A DNA stretch of 57,179 bases from NCBI GenBank assembly GCA_026396285.1, contig JAPLXB010000027.1:1-57179 (forward strand), written 5' to 3'. Origin of the DNA: Candidatus Micrarchaeota archaeon. GTDB lineage: Archaea; Micrarchaeota; Micrarchaeia; Norongarragalinales; JAPLXB01. Position 1 is the first letter of the stretch. The number at the start of each line of letters is the position of its first letter. Position numbers and translations under genes: made by a program. Under the pieces are notes generated by a model. It ran no database searches and had not been told where the DNA came from. It saw nothing but the letters and a program-made list of their open reading frames with translations. Positions 1-8,754 of this stretch are shown piece after piece.

Positions 1-40
1 CTTTTTCTGCCAAATCTGGCTGCGCGCCTTCGTCAACAAC

Positions 41-1462
41 ATGGCGAAAAGCTGCGGGATGAACTACTGCAAAATCCTGGCAGTATTCAAAGGACAGGAC
101 ATGAGTTTTTACTACGGGAAGAAGAACTGCCTTGATTTCACTCGCAATCTCGTGAAAAAACTGGACGCCGACCCAGGCTACGGCGACAGGATAAACCGCA
201 ACATAATGCGTTTTTCCGACCTGCTGGAGGAAAGCGCGGAGAAAATCCCGGCGGATTTGAACGGCAAATCCAACCGGACGCTGTGGAAAATAATTGAAAA
301 GCACGTAAAAATCCACACTGAACTCTACGAGTGGGGCTGGCTGTCAAACGCGACTGACATGTTTTACCCCGAGTTCACGGAACTGTTGAAAAACTACTTG
401 CGGACAAAAACCGAGACGGAGGAAGAAGCAAACAACTGGTTCATGACGCTTACTTCCCCGGGCGAAAAAAGTCTTGAGGCGCTGCAGCACGAGGAATTCA
501 TCAAAATGGCGATTGCGATAGAGAATGACGCGTACCACAAGAACCGTTTCCTGCACGAGAATCCAAGGGACGTCGCCAAAGGCCTCCGCGGCCCGGTGAA
601 GCGGGCGCTGGAAAAATACTATGCGGCGTATTCGCCGATGAGCGCGCTTTGGGTGGGGGAACCGGCTCCGCTGGAACGGTTTGTTTCAGAACTGTCTGAC
701 TACCTGAAGCAGGGCAAGCCGCCGGCAGAGGAACTTGAAAAAGCGGACGCGGAACTTAAGTCGAGGGAGGCGGCTAAAAAACAGCTTGCCAAGCGTCTGT
801 CCATTGATGAAAAGCACCGGCGCCTGTTCCGGGTTTTCGGAGACTTCATGATAACCAAAGTTTACCGGCGTTACGCGCAACTGCGTTCACTTTACCGCAT
901 GAGGCCTGTGTTCAAAGAAATTGCCTCGCGATTCGACATCTCTGAGCGCCAAGCGCGGTTCCTGCTCACCCCTGAATACAAGCTGTTGGTTGACAGCAAG
1001 TTCGACAAGACGCTTTTGAAGGAACGCGAAAAATTCTGCACCCTTTATTCCGAAGAATGGAAGGATCTCGTGCTTACCGGGAAGGAAGCGCGTGAACTGG
1101 CCAAAAAAACGGTCCAAACAATAGATTCCGCGGTCAGGGAACTGCACGGCCAGTGCGCCTGCCTTGGGAAAGCAACTGGAAGGGTTAGGATAATCCTTTC
1201 GCCCGTCGACATGCCGAAAATGAGGAAGGGGGACGTCCTGGTGGCCATAGCAACCAATCCCGACGTGGTCCCGGCGATGAAAAAGGCCGCAGCCATAGTG
1301 ACCGAACAGGGCGGAGTCACCTGCCACGCGGCCATTGTTTCAAGGGAACTCGGCATCCCGTGCGTCATTGGGACAAAAATCGCGACGAAAGTGCTCAGGG
1401 ACGGGGAAGTGGTGGAAGTGGATGCCGCCGCAGGAGTCGTTAAGAGGCTTGGAAAAAACTGA
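41..1462 (+). CDS. PEP-utilising-enzyme family protein (PpsA/Rph-like) ending in the swivelling phosphohistidine domain; possibly 5'-truncated by the window edge
   Basis: The C-terminal ~90 aa carry the mobile-domain motif GGVTCHAAIVSRELGIPCVIG. The frame is open back to nt 2, so the N-terminus may lie outside the window. The stop follows directly after the swivel domain, with no TIM-barrel PEP/pyruvate domain. Confidence 0.7.
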   Translation: MAKSCGMNYCKILAVFKGQDMSFYYGKKNCLDFTRNLVKKLDADPGYGDRINRNIMRFSDLLEESAEKIPADLNGKSNRTLWKIIEKHVKIHTELYEWGWLSNATDMFYPEFTELLKNYLRTKTETEEEANNWFMTLTSPGEKSLEALQHEEFIKMAIAIENDAYHKNRFLHENPRDVAKGLRGPVKRALEKYYAAYSPMSALWVGEPAPLERFVSELSDYLKQGKPPAEELEKADAELKSREAAKKQLAKRLSIDEKHRRLFRVFGDFMITKVYRRYAQLRSLYRMRPVFKEIASRFDISERQARFLLTPEYKLLVDSKFDKTLLKEREKFCTLYSEEWKDLVLTGKEARELAKKTVQTIDSAVRELHGQCACLGKATGRVRIILSPVDMPKMRKGDVLVAIATNPDVVPAMKKAAAIVTEQGGVTCHAAIVSRELGIPCVIGTKIATKVLRDGEVVEVDAAAGVVKRLGKN

Positions 1463-1508
1463 TGCCGCCCGCCAAAAAAGTTTTTAACCATATCAATCAA
1501 TAGTGGTT

Positions 1509-3164
1509 ATGCCCAAGTTCATCTTCGTTACCGGCGGAGTGCTTTCATCCCTAGGCAAGGGCATCCTCGTCTCCTCTCTGGCGCGCCTCCTCAAGGGCCA
1601 CCTTTCATCCCTAGGCAAGGGCATCCTCGTCTCCTCTCTGGCGCGCCTCCTCAAGGGCCACGGCGTCAACGCGTCGGCAATGAAAATAGACCCCTACCTC
1701 AACTGCGACGCCGGGACACTGAACCCGTTCGAGCACGGCGAGGTTTTCGTAACCAACGACGGGTTTGAATGCGACCTGGACGTGGGCAACTATGAGCGCT
1801 TCCTTGACATTTTCGTCCGCAGCGAGCAGAACTTCATGATGGGTTCGGTTTACAAGACGATTGTGGAGGAGGAAAGGCGCGGCGGCTTCCTTGGGAAAAC
1901 CGTCCAGCTAATCCCGCATGCAACGAATGAAATCAAGCGCCGCATCCGGCTCGCCGCCGGGGTGACTGGCTGCGACGTCCTGTTTGTCGAAATCGGCGGC
2001 ACCGTCGGGGACATTGAATCGGAAATAGTGCTTGAGGCCGCGAGGCAGATGAAGTTCGACGGAAAGCACGGCGACGTGGTTTTCGTCCACCTGGCGCTGG
2101 TGCCGCGGATAATAACCGGCGAGCAGAAGACGAAGCCGTTCCAGCACTCCGTCAAGGCGCTGCTCTCCCGCGGGATAACACCGGACATACTGGTTGCACG
2201 CAGTGACGAAATGGTTTCCGAGGCGGCGAAGGAAAAGATTTCCCTCCAATGCAACGTCAGGAAAGAGGACGTGTTCTGCTCGCCTTCGCTTAAAAACATT
2301 TACGCCCTGCCGCTGGTGCTGCAGGAGCAGGGGATTCACCTGAATATCGCCGCAAAAATGGGGCTCAAACTCAAGAAAAAGGACTTGAAGCAGTGGACCG
2401 CGTTGGTCAAGAAAATGGACGCGCTCGCGGAAAAAGGGAGGAAAGTCTCGGTCGGGGTCGTCGGGAAATATGCGACAATGAAGGACACGTACATGAGCAT
2501 ATTTGAGGCAATCAGGCACGCCGGGCTGGCGAACGGCGTGTGCGCGGAAGGCGTGCTCATTGATTCCGACGACATAGAGAGCAAAAAAACCGATTTGAAT
2601 GGCTTTGACGCGCTGCTGGTTCCAGGCGGCTTCGGGTCCCGCGGCGTGGAGGGGAAGATAACCGCCATACGCTTCGCGCGGGAGAAAAAGAAGCCGCTGC
2701 TAGGCATATGCTACGGCTTCCAGCTGAGCGTCATAGAGTTCGCAAGGAACGTCCTCGGCTGGAAGGACGCGGACACGACTGAAAACAATTCCCGCACAAG
2801 GCACCCGGTCATTGACATACTGCCAGAGCAGAAGACCGTCAAGGAAAAGGGGGGCACGATGCGCCTTGGCGCGCAAAAAACGCTTGTCAAACCAGGCACG
2901 CTGGCCCACAAGATGTACGGGGCCAATGAAATCTGGAAGCGGCACAGGCACCGCTATGAAGTCAACCCGGATGCCATCGGCGAACTGGAAAAAGCTGGCC
3001 TCGTCTTTTCGGGCAGGAGCGGGGACGGGCGCAAAATGGAGATACTTGAGCTTCCGGGCCAGTGCTTCATCGGCTCACAGTACCACCCTGAATTCGACTC
3101 GCGGCTCGGGCGGCCTGAACCGATGTTCAACGCGTTGGTTAAGGCGGCACTGAAAAGAGTTTAA
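1509..3164 (+). CDS. pyrG: CTP synthase (carries an in-frame 20-aa tandem duplication)
   Basis: FIFVTGGVLSSLGKGI, DPYLNCDAGT and GGTVGDIES motifs are present. The C-terminal glutamine amidotransferase has GICYGFQ and HRHRYEVN. The ATG at 1509 gives the canonical MPKFIFVTGG N-terminus, whereas the ORF track uses GTG 1503. Confidence 0.95.
   Translation: MPKFIFVTGGVLSSLGKGILVSSLARLLKGHLSSLGKGILVSSLARLLKGHGVNASAMKIDPYLNCDAGTLNPFEHGEVFVTNDGFECDLDVGNYERFLDIFVRSEQNFMMGSVYKTIVEEERRGGFLGKTVQLIPHATNEIKRRIRLAAGVTGCDVLFVEIGGTVGDIESEIVLEAARQMKFDGKHGDVVFVHLALVPRIITGEQKTKPFQHSVKALLSRGITPDILVARSDEMVSEAAKEKISLQCNVRKEDVFCSPSLKNIYALPLVLQEQGIHLNIAAKMGLKLKKKDLKQWTALVKKMDALAEKGRKVSVGVVGKYATMKDTYMSIFEAIRHAGLANGVCAEGVLIDSDDIESKKTDLNGFDALLVPGGFGSRGVEGKITAIRFAREKKKPLLGICYGFQLSVIEFARNVLGWKDADTTENNSRTRHPVIDILPEQKTVKEKGGTMRLGAQKTLVKPGTLAHKMYGANEIWKRHRHRYEVNPDAIGELEKAGLVFSGRSGDGRKMEILELPGQCFIGSQYHPEFDSRLGRPEPMFNALVKAALKRV
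1542..1661 (+). repeat. Perfect 2 x 60-bp direct tandem duplication inside pyrG
   Basis: 1542-1601 is identical base for base to 1602-1661. It duplicates LSSLGKGILVSSLARLLKGH in frame. Confidence 0.97.
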
Positions 3165-3206
3165 TAAACTGTGGGCCCCTGTCTTTTGTCCAAGCCTTGC
3201 AGGGTG

Positions 3207-3545
3207 ATGCGCGTGTATGAGAAAATCGCTTCAATGATAAGGGAATCGGGCGGCCGGCTCTCCAATGACGTTAACATCGGCAAGCGCCAGCGCCTTTCCT
3301 TCGAGTTCAGGAAACCCGACGCCGCGTGGAATGTTTACAACGAGTTGCTCGCAGCAAGACCGAAAAGGCATCTGCTTGGCCTGCCGCTGCTGCGGCCGCA
3401 CGCTTATGTGGAAATGGAGGTTGAAAAGGACCGCCTTACGGATATCGTGCTCGGGACGCGGGTCAATGTCCTCGGCCACACGGACGTTGGAAGGAATTTC
3501 GTGAAAATGCTGCGACACGAGCAGGCGCCCAAGGCCAGGCGATAA
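3207..3545 (+). CDS. hypothetical protein
   Basis: ORF with plausible composition. ATG 3207 is preceded by AGGGTG. No recognisable motif. Confidence 0.4.
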   Translation: MRVYEKIASMIRESGGRLSNDVNIGKRQRLSFEFRKPDAAWNVYNELLAARPKRHLLGLPLLRPHAYVEMEVEKDRLTDIVLGTRVNVLGHTDVGRNFVKMLRHEQAPKARR

Positions 3546-3583
3546 AAGCGGAAAACGCAGGGGCCGGGCGCGCGTAAAGCGCA

Positions 3584-4789
3584 TCAGGCGATGCGCGCTA
3601 TCTTCTTCAATTCCGCAAGGAACGCGCCTATCTCATCTTCCGTGTTGTACAAGTACAACGATGCCCTGACCGCCCCGTGCGGCGCTCCCAGGTGCCGCAT
3701 CGCCGGCTCAGCGCAGAAAAAGCCGGAGCGGACCGCAAAACCGCGGTGGTCAAGCATCAGCGCCACTTCCCGCGGGTCCATTTTCCCGACGTTGAACGAC
3801 ACGACGGCGCATTTCTCCCGCCAGTCAAGAGGGCCGTATATTTTCACTCCCTCAACCGAGCCCAGGCCTTCGATGAGCGCTTTCGCAAGCTTCTTCTCGT
3901 GCTCCTCCACGCGATGCATTCCCACCTTTTTCAAATAATCGGCTGCCGCGCCCAGCCCTATGCCCCCGGCCAGGTCCTGGGTGCCGCCTTCCAGCCTGGA
4001 CGGCAGCTTGTCAAATGTGCACGACTCTAGAGAAACGCTGGTCACTGTTCCGCCGCCCACGATGAAAGGCGCCAATTCCTCCAGAGCCGCCCTTCTTCCA
4101 ACCAGGCAGCCGATTCCGGTCGGTCCAAGCATCTTGTGCCCGGAAAAAGCGAAGAAGTCCGCGCCCATGCGCCCAAAATCAACAGCCTTGTGGGGAACGC
4201 CCTGCGCGCCGTCAACCAGCACCAGTGCGCCGTTGTCGTGGGCGATTTTGGTTATTTCCTGCAGCGGCGCAGTTGTCCCAGTGGTGTTTGTCGTGTGGTG
4301 GACTACAACGAGGCGCGTTTTTCCACTGATTTTCTCTTCAAATGACTTTGTTGAAACGCGCCCGGCGCCGTCGGCGCCGACGAAGTCAAGGGCTATCTTG
4401 CCTGACTTTGCAAGGAGTTGGAAGGGCAAGAGGGCCGAATGGTGCTCCATCACGGTCGTGACGACGTTCTGCCGTTTGGAAAAGTCAATCGTTCTTGAAA
4501 CCAGGTTGAGCCCCTCGGTCGTGTTCCTTGTCCACAACAATTCATTTGCGCGGGCGCCGACGAACTCCGCTACTTTCCTCCGGGCGCCTTCGAAAGCGGC
4601 CTCGGCGTCCCTGCTGAGCCTGTGCGGCGAACGGCCGTGCGCGCACCCCGAATACTCTGAATTGTATCCGTTGACCGCGTCTATCACTGCCTGCGGCTTG
4701 AGGGTGGTGCACGCGTTGTCAAAATAGGTTATCTTCCTGTTTCTTAGAAGGGGAAAATCGCGCCTGATGCTTTCGTTCACTCCAATCAC
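3584..4789 (-). CDS. sufS: cysteine desulfurase, SufS/CsdA-like class V aminotransferase
   Basis: IRRDFPLL...YFDNACTT N-terminus, PLP-lysine motif FSGHKMLGPTGIG and active-site loop RSGFFCAEP. Start chosen at in-frame GTG 4789. The ORF-track start 4858 overlaps the divergent neighbour. Confidence 0.85.
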   Translation of the reverse strand: MIGVNESIRRDFPLLRNRKITYFDNACTTLKPQAVIDAVNGYNSEYSGCAHGRSPHRLSRDAEAAFEGARRKVAEFVGARANELLWTRNTTEGLNLVSRTIDFSKRQNVVTTVMEHHSALLPFQLLAKSGKIALDFVGADGAGRVSTKSFEEKISGKTRLVVVHHTTNTTGTTAPLQEITKIAHDNGALVLVDGAQGVPHKAVDFGRMGADFFAFSGHKMLGPTGIGCLVGRRAALEELAPFIVGGGTVTSVSLESCTFDKLPSRLEGGTQDLAGGIGLGAAADYLKKVGMHRVEEHEKKLAKALIEGLGSVEGVKIYGPLDWREKCAVVSFNVGKMDPREVALMLDHRGFAVRSGFFCAEPAMRHLGAPHGAVRASLYLYNTEDEIGAFLAELKKIARIA

Positions 4790-4856
4790 CAGCGTCCACG
4801 GCCTGCATAGTTGATTAAAACACGTGTTTTTTATGCCTTGCCAGAAAAACAAAAGC

Positions 4857-5384
4857 ATGCAGGCGCTGGTTGTTTTTGAAAAACGCGTCGCCGCTGCCGC
4901 GGGCGCCGTTGCAAAAGGGCTTGCTGAAGGCGGGGTCCATTCGGACAGCGTTGAAATCGCCTCATTCAGCGAGCAAAACGCGGCGGAATATCAGCTGGTC
5001 CTGATCGGCGCAGAACCGGGACTTGGCGGCATCGGCCCGATGGCAAAAAAACTTACCAAAGGCAAACAATGGCACGGGCGAAGCGTTGCGCTGTTTTTTT
5101 CAGTCAACCAGTTTTCAAAAAAAGCCCTTGCCGGAGCCGCGGCTGCTCTTGCGGCCCGCGGCGCAGCGGTTAACGGCACCATAGCGCTCAGGAGGGCCGG
5201 CTTTCTCGGCTTGGGCCGCATCATGGAAGACGAACTGTACCGGGCGCAGGCGTTCGGCGAAAGGATGGGGCTCGCCATCCGTGGCGTGCGGGCGAGAAAG
5301 CCGCAGGAGAAGGCGAGGATACGGTTCTATAAGAAACAAGACTTCGGGCGCAGGCGCGATTCCGGCGGTGGAAAAGTATTTTAA
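4857..5384 (+). CDS. hypothetical protein, flavodoxin-like fold suspected
   Basis: The MQALVVFEK...LVLIGAEP pattern resembles a flavodoxin-like beta-alpha start, but no FMN-binding T/SxTGNT loop is present. Ala-rich. Confidence 0.35.
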   Translation: MQALVVFEKRVAAAAGAVAKGLAEGGVHSDSVEIASFSEQNAAEYQLVLIGAEPGLGGIGPMAKKLTKGKQWHGRSVALFFSVNQFSKKALAGAAAALAARGAAVNGTIALRRAGFLGLGRIMEDELYRAQAFGERMGLAIRGVRARKPQEKARIRFYKKQDFGRRRDSGGGKVF

Positions 5385-5405
5385 CTACCTGCCGGTGATT
5401 TTTGC

Positions 5406-6167
5406 ATGGCGCCCATTGAAAGAGCCAAGACCGGCATCTACGGACTGGATGAACTGATTGGCGGCGGCATCCCGAAAAAAAGGACTATTCTTGTTTCCGG
5501 CGCCTGCGGCACCGGCAAAAGCATTTTCTCAATGCAGTTCATCTACAAGGGCGCGATAGAATACGACGAGCCCGGCGTTTTCGTCACGTTTGACGAGATG
5601 CCTGACAAGATACGGCAGGACATGACCAACTTCGGGTGGAACGTGAAGGAGGCGGAGGAAAGCGAGGTTCTTGCCCTTGTCGACGCTTCAAGCGCGCGGG
5701 CCGGGGCGCCTTCCGAGGAAGAGCACGCGATGATGCCCGGCCAGATGGATTTCGACAAGATGCTAGTAGACATCCTAAGCGTCTGCCGCAAAGTCGGGGC
5801 GAAAAGGCTCGCGATAGACAGCATTCCGGCAATGGCATTCCAATTGGAAAAGGAGTCTGAAATAAGGCGGGCGGTCCTCAAGCTTTCTTACGTCATATCG
5901 CGGTCCGGCCTGACCACGATGATGACGTCGGAGGTTCCCGAACAGTCGCTTGGCTCGGGCCAGCCGATGCAGTTCTCCAAGTACGGCGTAGAGGAATACA
6001 TCGCCGACGGGGTCGTCCTCCTCAGTTTCCTTGGCGTTGGCTCGCAGGCCACCAGGACGGTATATGTCAGGAAACTCCGCGGCACAAAGCACAGCATGGA
6101 AATCCACCCAATGGAAATAACCGACAAGGGCATCGTCGTCAAGAAGATAGAGGAAGTCTTCAAATAG
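5406..6167 (+). CDS. KaiC/RadA-like RecA-superfamily ATPase
   Basis: GIYGLDELIGGGIPKKRTILVSGACGTGKS (Walker A) followed by VFVTFDE and LAIDS (Walker B-like). Single KaiC-type domain, about 250 aa. Confidence 0.85.
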   Translation: MAPIERAKTGIYGLDELIGGGIPKKRTILVSGACGTGKSIFSMQFIYKGAIEYDEPGVFVTFDEMPDKIRQDMTNFGWNVKEAEESEVLALVDASSARAGAPSEEEHAMMPGQMDFDKMLVDILSVCRKVGAKRLAIDSIPAMAFQLEKESEIRRAVLKLSYVISRSGLTTMMTSEVPEQSLGSGQPMQFSKYGVEEYIADGVVLLSFLGVGSQATRTVYVRKLRGTKHSMEIHPMEITDKGIVVKKIEEVFK

Positions 6168-6256
6168 GCGCCTGCGGCAAAATCCAATCTATTGGGCACA
6201 GCCGCACCCCGAAGCATTTATATTTTCTTTACACTGTTAAGTTTCAAGTGCTTTTC

Positions 6257-7483
6257 ATGGGAAGGATATACCTGGACCACGCAGCCACCACTCCCGTCGA
6301 CCCGCGGGTCCTTGAGGCGATGCAGCCGTTTTTTTCCGAAAAATTCGGCAACGCGTCCAGCCTCCACTCCGAAGGAACTGAGGCGGCGGAGGCGCTTGAA
6401 AAATCGCGGGAAACTGTTGCGGGCGCGCTGGGAGCAAAACCGGATGAGGTGGTCTTCACTTCCGGCGGATCGGAATCCGACAACCTCGCCATCAAGGGCT
6501 TTGCCTACGCCAACAGGAAAAAGGGAAACCGCATCGTTACGAGCGCCATAGAGCATCCGGCGGTGCTCAACACCTGCCGCTACCTGGAAAAAAACGGCTT
6601 CCGGGTCACTTACGTCCCTGTCGGCCGCAACGGCATCGTTGACTTGAACGCCCTTGAAAAGGCGGTGACCGAAGAAACAATCCTTGTTTCAATAATGCAC
6701 GCCAACAACGAGATTGGGACTATACAGCCGCTGGGGAAAATATCCGAAATTGCGAAAAGGCGCGGCGTGGCGTTGCACACCGATGCGGTGCAGACGTTTG
6801 GAAAGATTGAAACCGACGCCGACAAGCTCGGGGCTGACTTGCTTTCCCTTTCAGGCCACAAAATATACGGGCCGAAGGGCGTGGGCGCGCTTTTCGTTAG
6901 GAAAGGAACCGTGCTCGAGCCACTAATCCACGGCGGGGAGCACGAAAAGGGGTTGCGGGCGGGGACGGAAAACGTCGCGGGAATAGCCGGGTTGGCTGAA
7001 GCAACCAGGATATGCGCCAAGGAAATGAATGGCGAGGCTGCGCGCGAAACGCGGCTCAGGGACCGCCTGTTAAAAGGCATTCTTGAAACGCCGGGGTCGT
7101 GGCTCAATGGCCACCGGACCAAGCGGCTGCCCAACAACGCCAACTTCTCGTTCAGGCACGTTGAAGGCGAGTCGTTGGTGCTTTACTTGGACATGAAGGG
7201 AATCGCGGCGTCGACGGGTTCCGCGTGCTCGTCCCTCAAGCTGGAGCCGTCGCACGTGCTTAGGGCAATCGGCTTGACTCCCGAGGAAGCGCACGGTTCC
7301 CTGCGCTTGACGCTTGGGCGGGCGACCACCGCAAAAGACATTGAAACCGTGCTGGAAATAATTCCGGGCGAGGTGGAAAAACTTAGGAAAATCTCCCCCA
7401 TGGCCGGAATGAGTGCGTTGGAAAAAAAGCGCTTGGAAAAACAGCCGCACGGGCACGGAAGACACGGGAAGGCGTGCGACTGA
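6257..7483 (+). CDS. iscS: cysteine desulfurase NifS/IscS type
   Basis: IYLDHAATTPVDPRV, SGGSESDNLAIKG, HTDAVQ, SLSGHKIYGPKGVGALF (PLP Lys) and active-site STGSACSS. Confidence 0.93.
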   Translation: MGRIYLDHAATTPVDPRVLEAMQPFFSEKFGNASSLHSEGTEAAEALEKSRETVAGALGAKPDEVVFTSGGSESDNLAIKGFAYANRKKGNRIVTSAIEHPAVLNTCRYLEKNGFRVTYVPVGRNGIVDLNALEKAVTEETILVSIMHANNEIGTIQPLGKISEIAKRRGVALHTDAVQTFGKIETDADKLGADLLSLSGHKIYGPKGVGALFVRKGTVLEPLIHGGEHEKGLRAGTENVAGIAGLAEATRICAKEMNGEAARETRLRDRLLKGILETPGSWLNGHRTKRLPNNANFSFRHVEGESLVLYLDMKGIAASTGSACSSLKLEPSHVLRAIGLTPEEAHGSLRLTLGRATTAKDIETVLEIIPGEVEKLRKISPMAGMSALEKKRLEKQPHGHGRHGKACD

Positions 7484-7515
7484 AAACTTTTGAAAAAACA
7501 CTGGATGCGGTTTTA

Positions 7516-7893
7516 ATGGCGGTCAATTACACGAAAAAAGTGATGGAACACCTCGCCAACCCGAGGAACGTGGGCGAAATTCCGGGCGCGGACGGCGTCG
7601 GAACCGTCGGAAACCCGGTCTGCGGCGACGTGATGAGCATCTACATCAAGGTCGGTGGCGGCAGGATAACCGACATCAAGTTCAAGACATACGGCTGCGG
7701 CGCCGCGATTGCGACTAGCAGCATAATAACCGAACTGGCAAAAGGCAAAACAATTGAAGAGGCGGTGAAGATTTCAGTGAATGACGTCGCAGGCGAATTG
7801 GGCGGCCTGCCGCCGGTCAAAATGCATTGCTCAAACCTGGCGGCCGACGCGCTGCACGCCGCGATAAAGGATTACCAGGAGAGGAGGAAATGA
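7516..7893 (+). CDS. iscU: Fe-S cluster scaffold IscU/NifU N-terminal type
   Basis: GNPVCGDVM, YGCGAAIASS-like (TYGCGAAIATSS) and MHCSNLAADAL give the three conserved Cys ligands. Lies immediately downstream of iscS. Confidence 0.93.
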   Translation: MAVNYTKKVMEHLANPRNVGEIPGADGVGTVGNPVCGDVMSIYIKVGGGRITDIKFKTYGCGAAIATSSIITELAKGKTIEEAVKISVNDVAGELGGLPPVKMHCSNLAADALHAAIKDYQERRK

Positions 7894-7897
7894 CGGC

Positions 7898-8248
7898 ATG
7901 ATTCCCTGCGAACTAATGGTTTCACGCGTGCTGCCAGTCATCCGCAGCGTTGCGGCCTCCCGCCTGGCGAAGACGAAGAAACAGAAGGAAATCGCGGAAG
8001 AGCTCGGGATAACCGAGGCCGCGGTATCGCATTATTTGTCCAAGAGGCGCGGCAACTACGGTGGCGTGGTGGGAAAAGCAGTTGCAAAAAGCGTGGACAA
8101 GTTCATTGGAAAGAAAATGCCGCATGCCGAAAAAGTCTGCGCAGTGTGCCGCGATCTCAGGTCCTCCGGCGCCTTGTGCGCAATCCACGCCGAAAAAAAC
8201 CCTTCTTTTGACGTGCGCGGCTGCATGATTTGCCGAAACGCCTGTTGA
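7898..8248 (+). CDS. HTH transcriptional regulator with Cys-rich C-terminal domain
   Basis: The HTH-like segment is KKQKEIAEELGITEAAVSHYLSKRRG. The C-terminal Cys cluster is CAVCRDLRSSGALCAIH...GCMICRNAC. Starts 5 nt after the iscU stop. Confidence 0.6.
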   Translation: MIPCELMVSRVLPVIRSVAASRLAKTKKQKEIAEELGITEAAVSHYLSKRRGNYGGVVGKAVAKSVDKFIGKKMPHAEKVCAVCRDLRSSGALCAIHAEKNPSFDVRGCMICRNAC

Positions 8249-8276
8249 AACGCTTGCAGACGCAAAAAAAGCTTAG

Positions 8277-8347
8277 AGCAGGGCAGGGGAGTCGCACCCC
8301 TCTCTCCCGGTCTGCAGCCGGGCGCATAGCTGCTCTGCCAGCCCTGC
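8277..8347 (-). tRNA. tRNA-Cys (GCA)
   Basis: The reverse complement folds as acceptor GCAGGGC/GCCCTGC, anticodon stem CCCGG/CCGGG with loop CUGCAGA, T arm AGGGG-UGCGACU-CCCCU, and discriminator U. 71 nt, no encoded CCA. Confidence 0.85.
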
Positions 8348-8620
8348 ACGCAATAGCACTGCAGTATGATTTCCCCGCAAAGGAATTTAACTTTGCTTGC
8401 TGACGCGCGTGCCGCCGGCTTGGAAGAAAAATGAAGCTGGTCGCGCCAAAAGAATCAGCCGGCCGAAGCCGGTACGGGCGACCAGTTCAACCCACCTTTA
8501 CAGAATCCGCAGGAAAAATAACGGCTTGGGGAATAAAAACCTTGCTTACCACTGGGGCGGAGGTAAAAACAGGTGTTAGGACGCTTGGCCGTCGAATCCT
8601 CCGAGTGCCAGCGTTTTTAA

Positions 8621-8754
8621 CGGGCCCGAGGGGATTTGAACCCCTGACCTTACGGTTGCTCCCTTTTTGTGAAGCTTTTTGCGCGGAATTGCACGGATTC
8701 GCGCAGAAAGGTCCGCTAAGAGCCGTCTGCTCTGCCAAACTGAGCTACGGGCCC
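8621..8754 (-). tRNA. tRNA-Lys (CUU) with a 60-nt intron at the canonical 37/38 position
   Basis: Reverse complement: acceptor GGGCCCG/CGGGCCC, D arm GCUC-AGUUUGGCA-GAGC, anticodon stem GACGG with loop CUCUUA|intron|A, then CCGUA, variable AGGUC, and T arm AGGGG-UUCAAAU-CCCCU. 134 nt in total, 74 nt mature. There is a G27.A43 mismatch. Confidence 0.8.

Noticed and set aside
1542-1661. Possible CRISPR or other repeat array
   Set aside because: There are only two directly abutting identical 60-bp units with no spacers, lying inside pyrG. No repeat-spacer periodicity was seen anywhere in the window.
3960-4727. Long antisense or alternative-frame ORFs inside strong genes. Examples: 887-1327, 1908-2519, 3960-4727, 14694-15329, 18829-19425, 30874-31569, 33611-34246, 37809-38444, 38341-38940, 42953-43477, 51548-51976 and 56406-56813.
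   Set aside because: These are typical shadow ORFs of GC-rich coding DNA. Each overlaps a gene with clear family motifs, and their translations are Arg/Pro/Ser/Ala-rich with no motifs.
8348-8620. RNase P RNA or SRP RNA assignment for the inter-tRNA spacer
   Set aside because: ACAGAAUCCGC vaguely recalls RNase P CR-IV. However, no CR-I GAGGAAAGUCC and no SRP helix-8 GGAA/AGCA motifs could be found on either strand. It is kept only as an unassigned ncRNA candidate.
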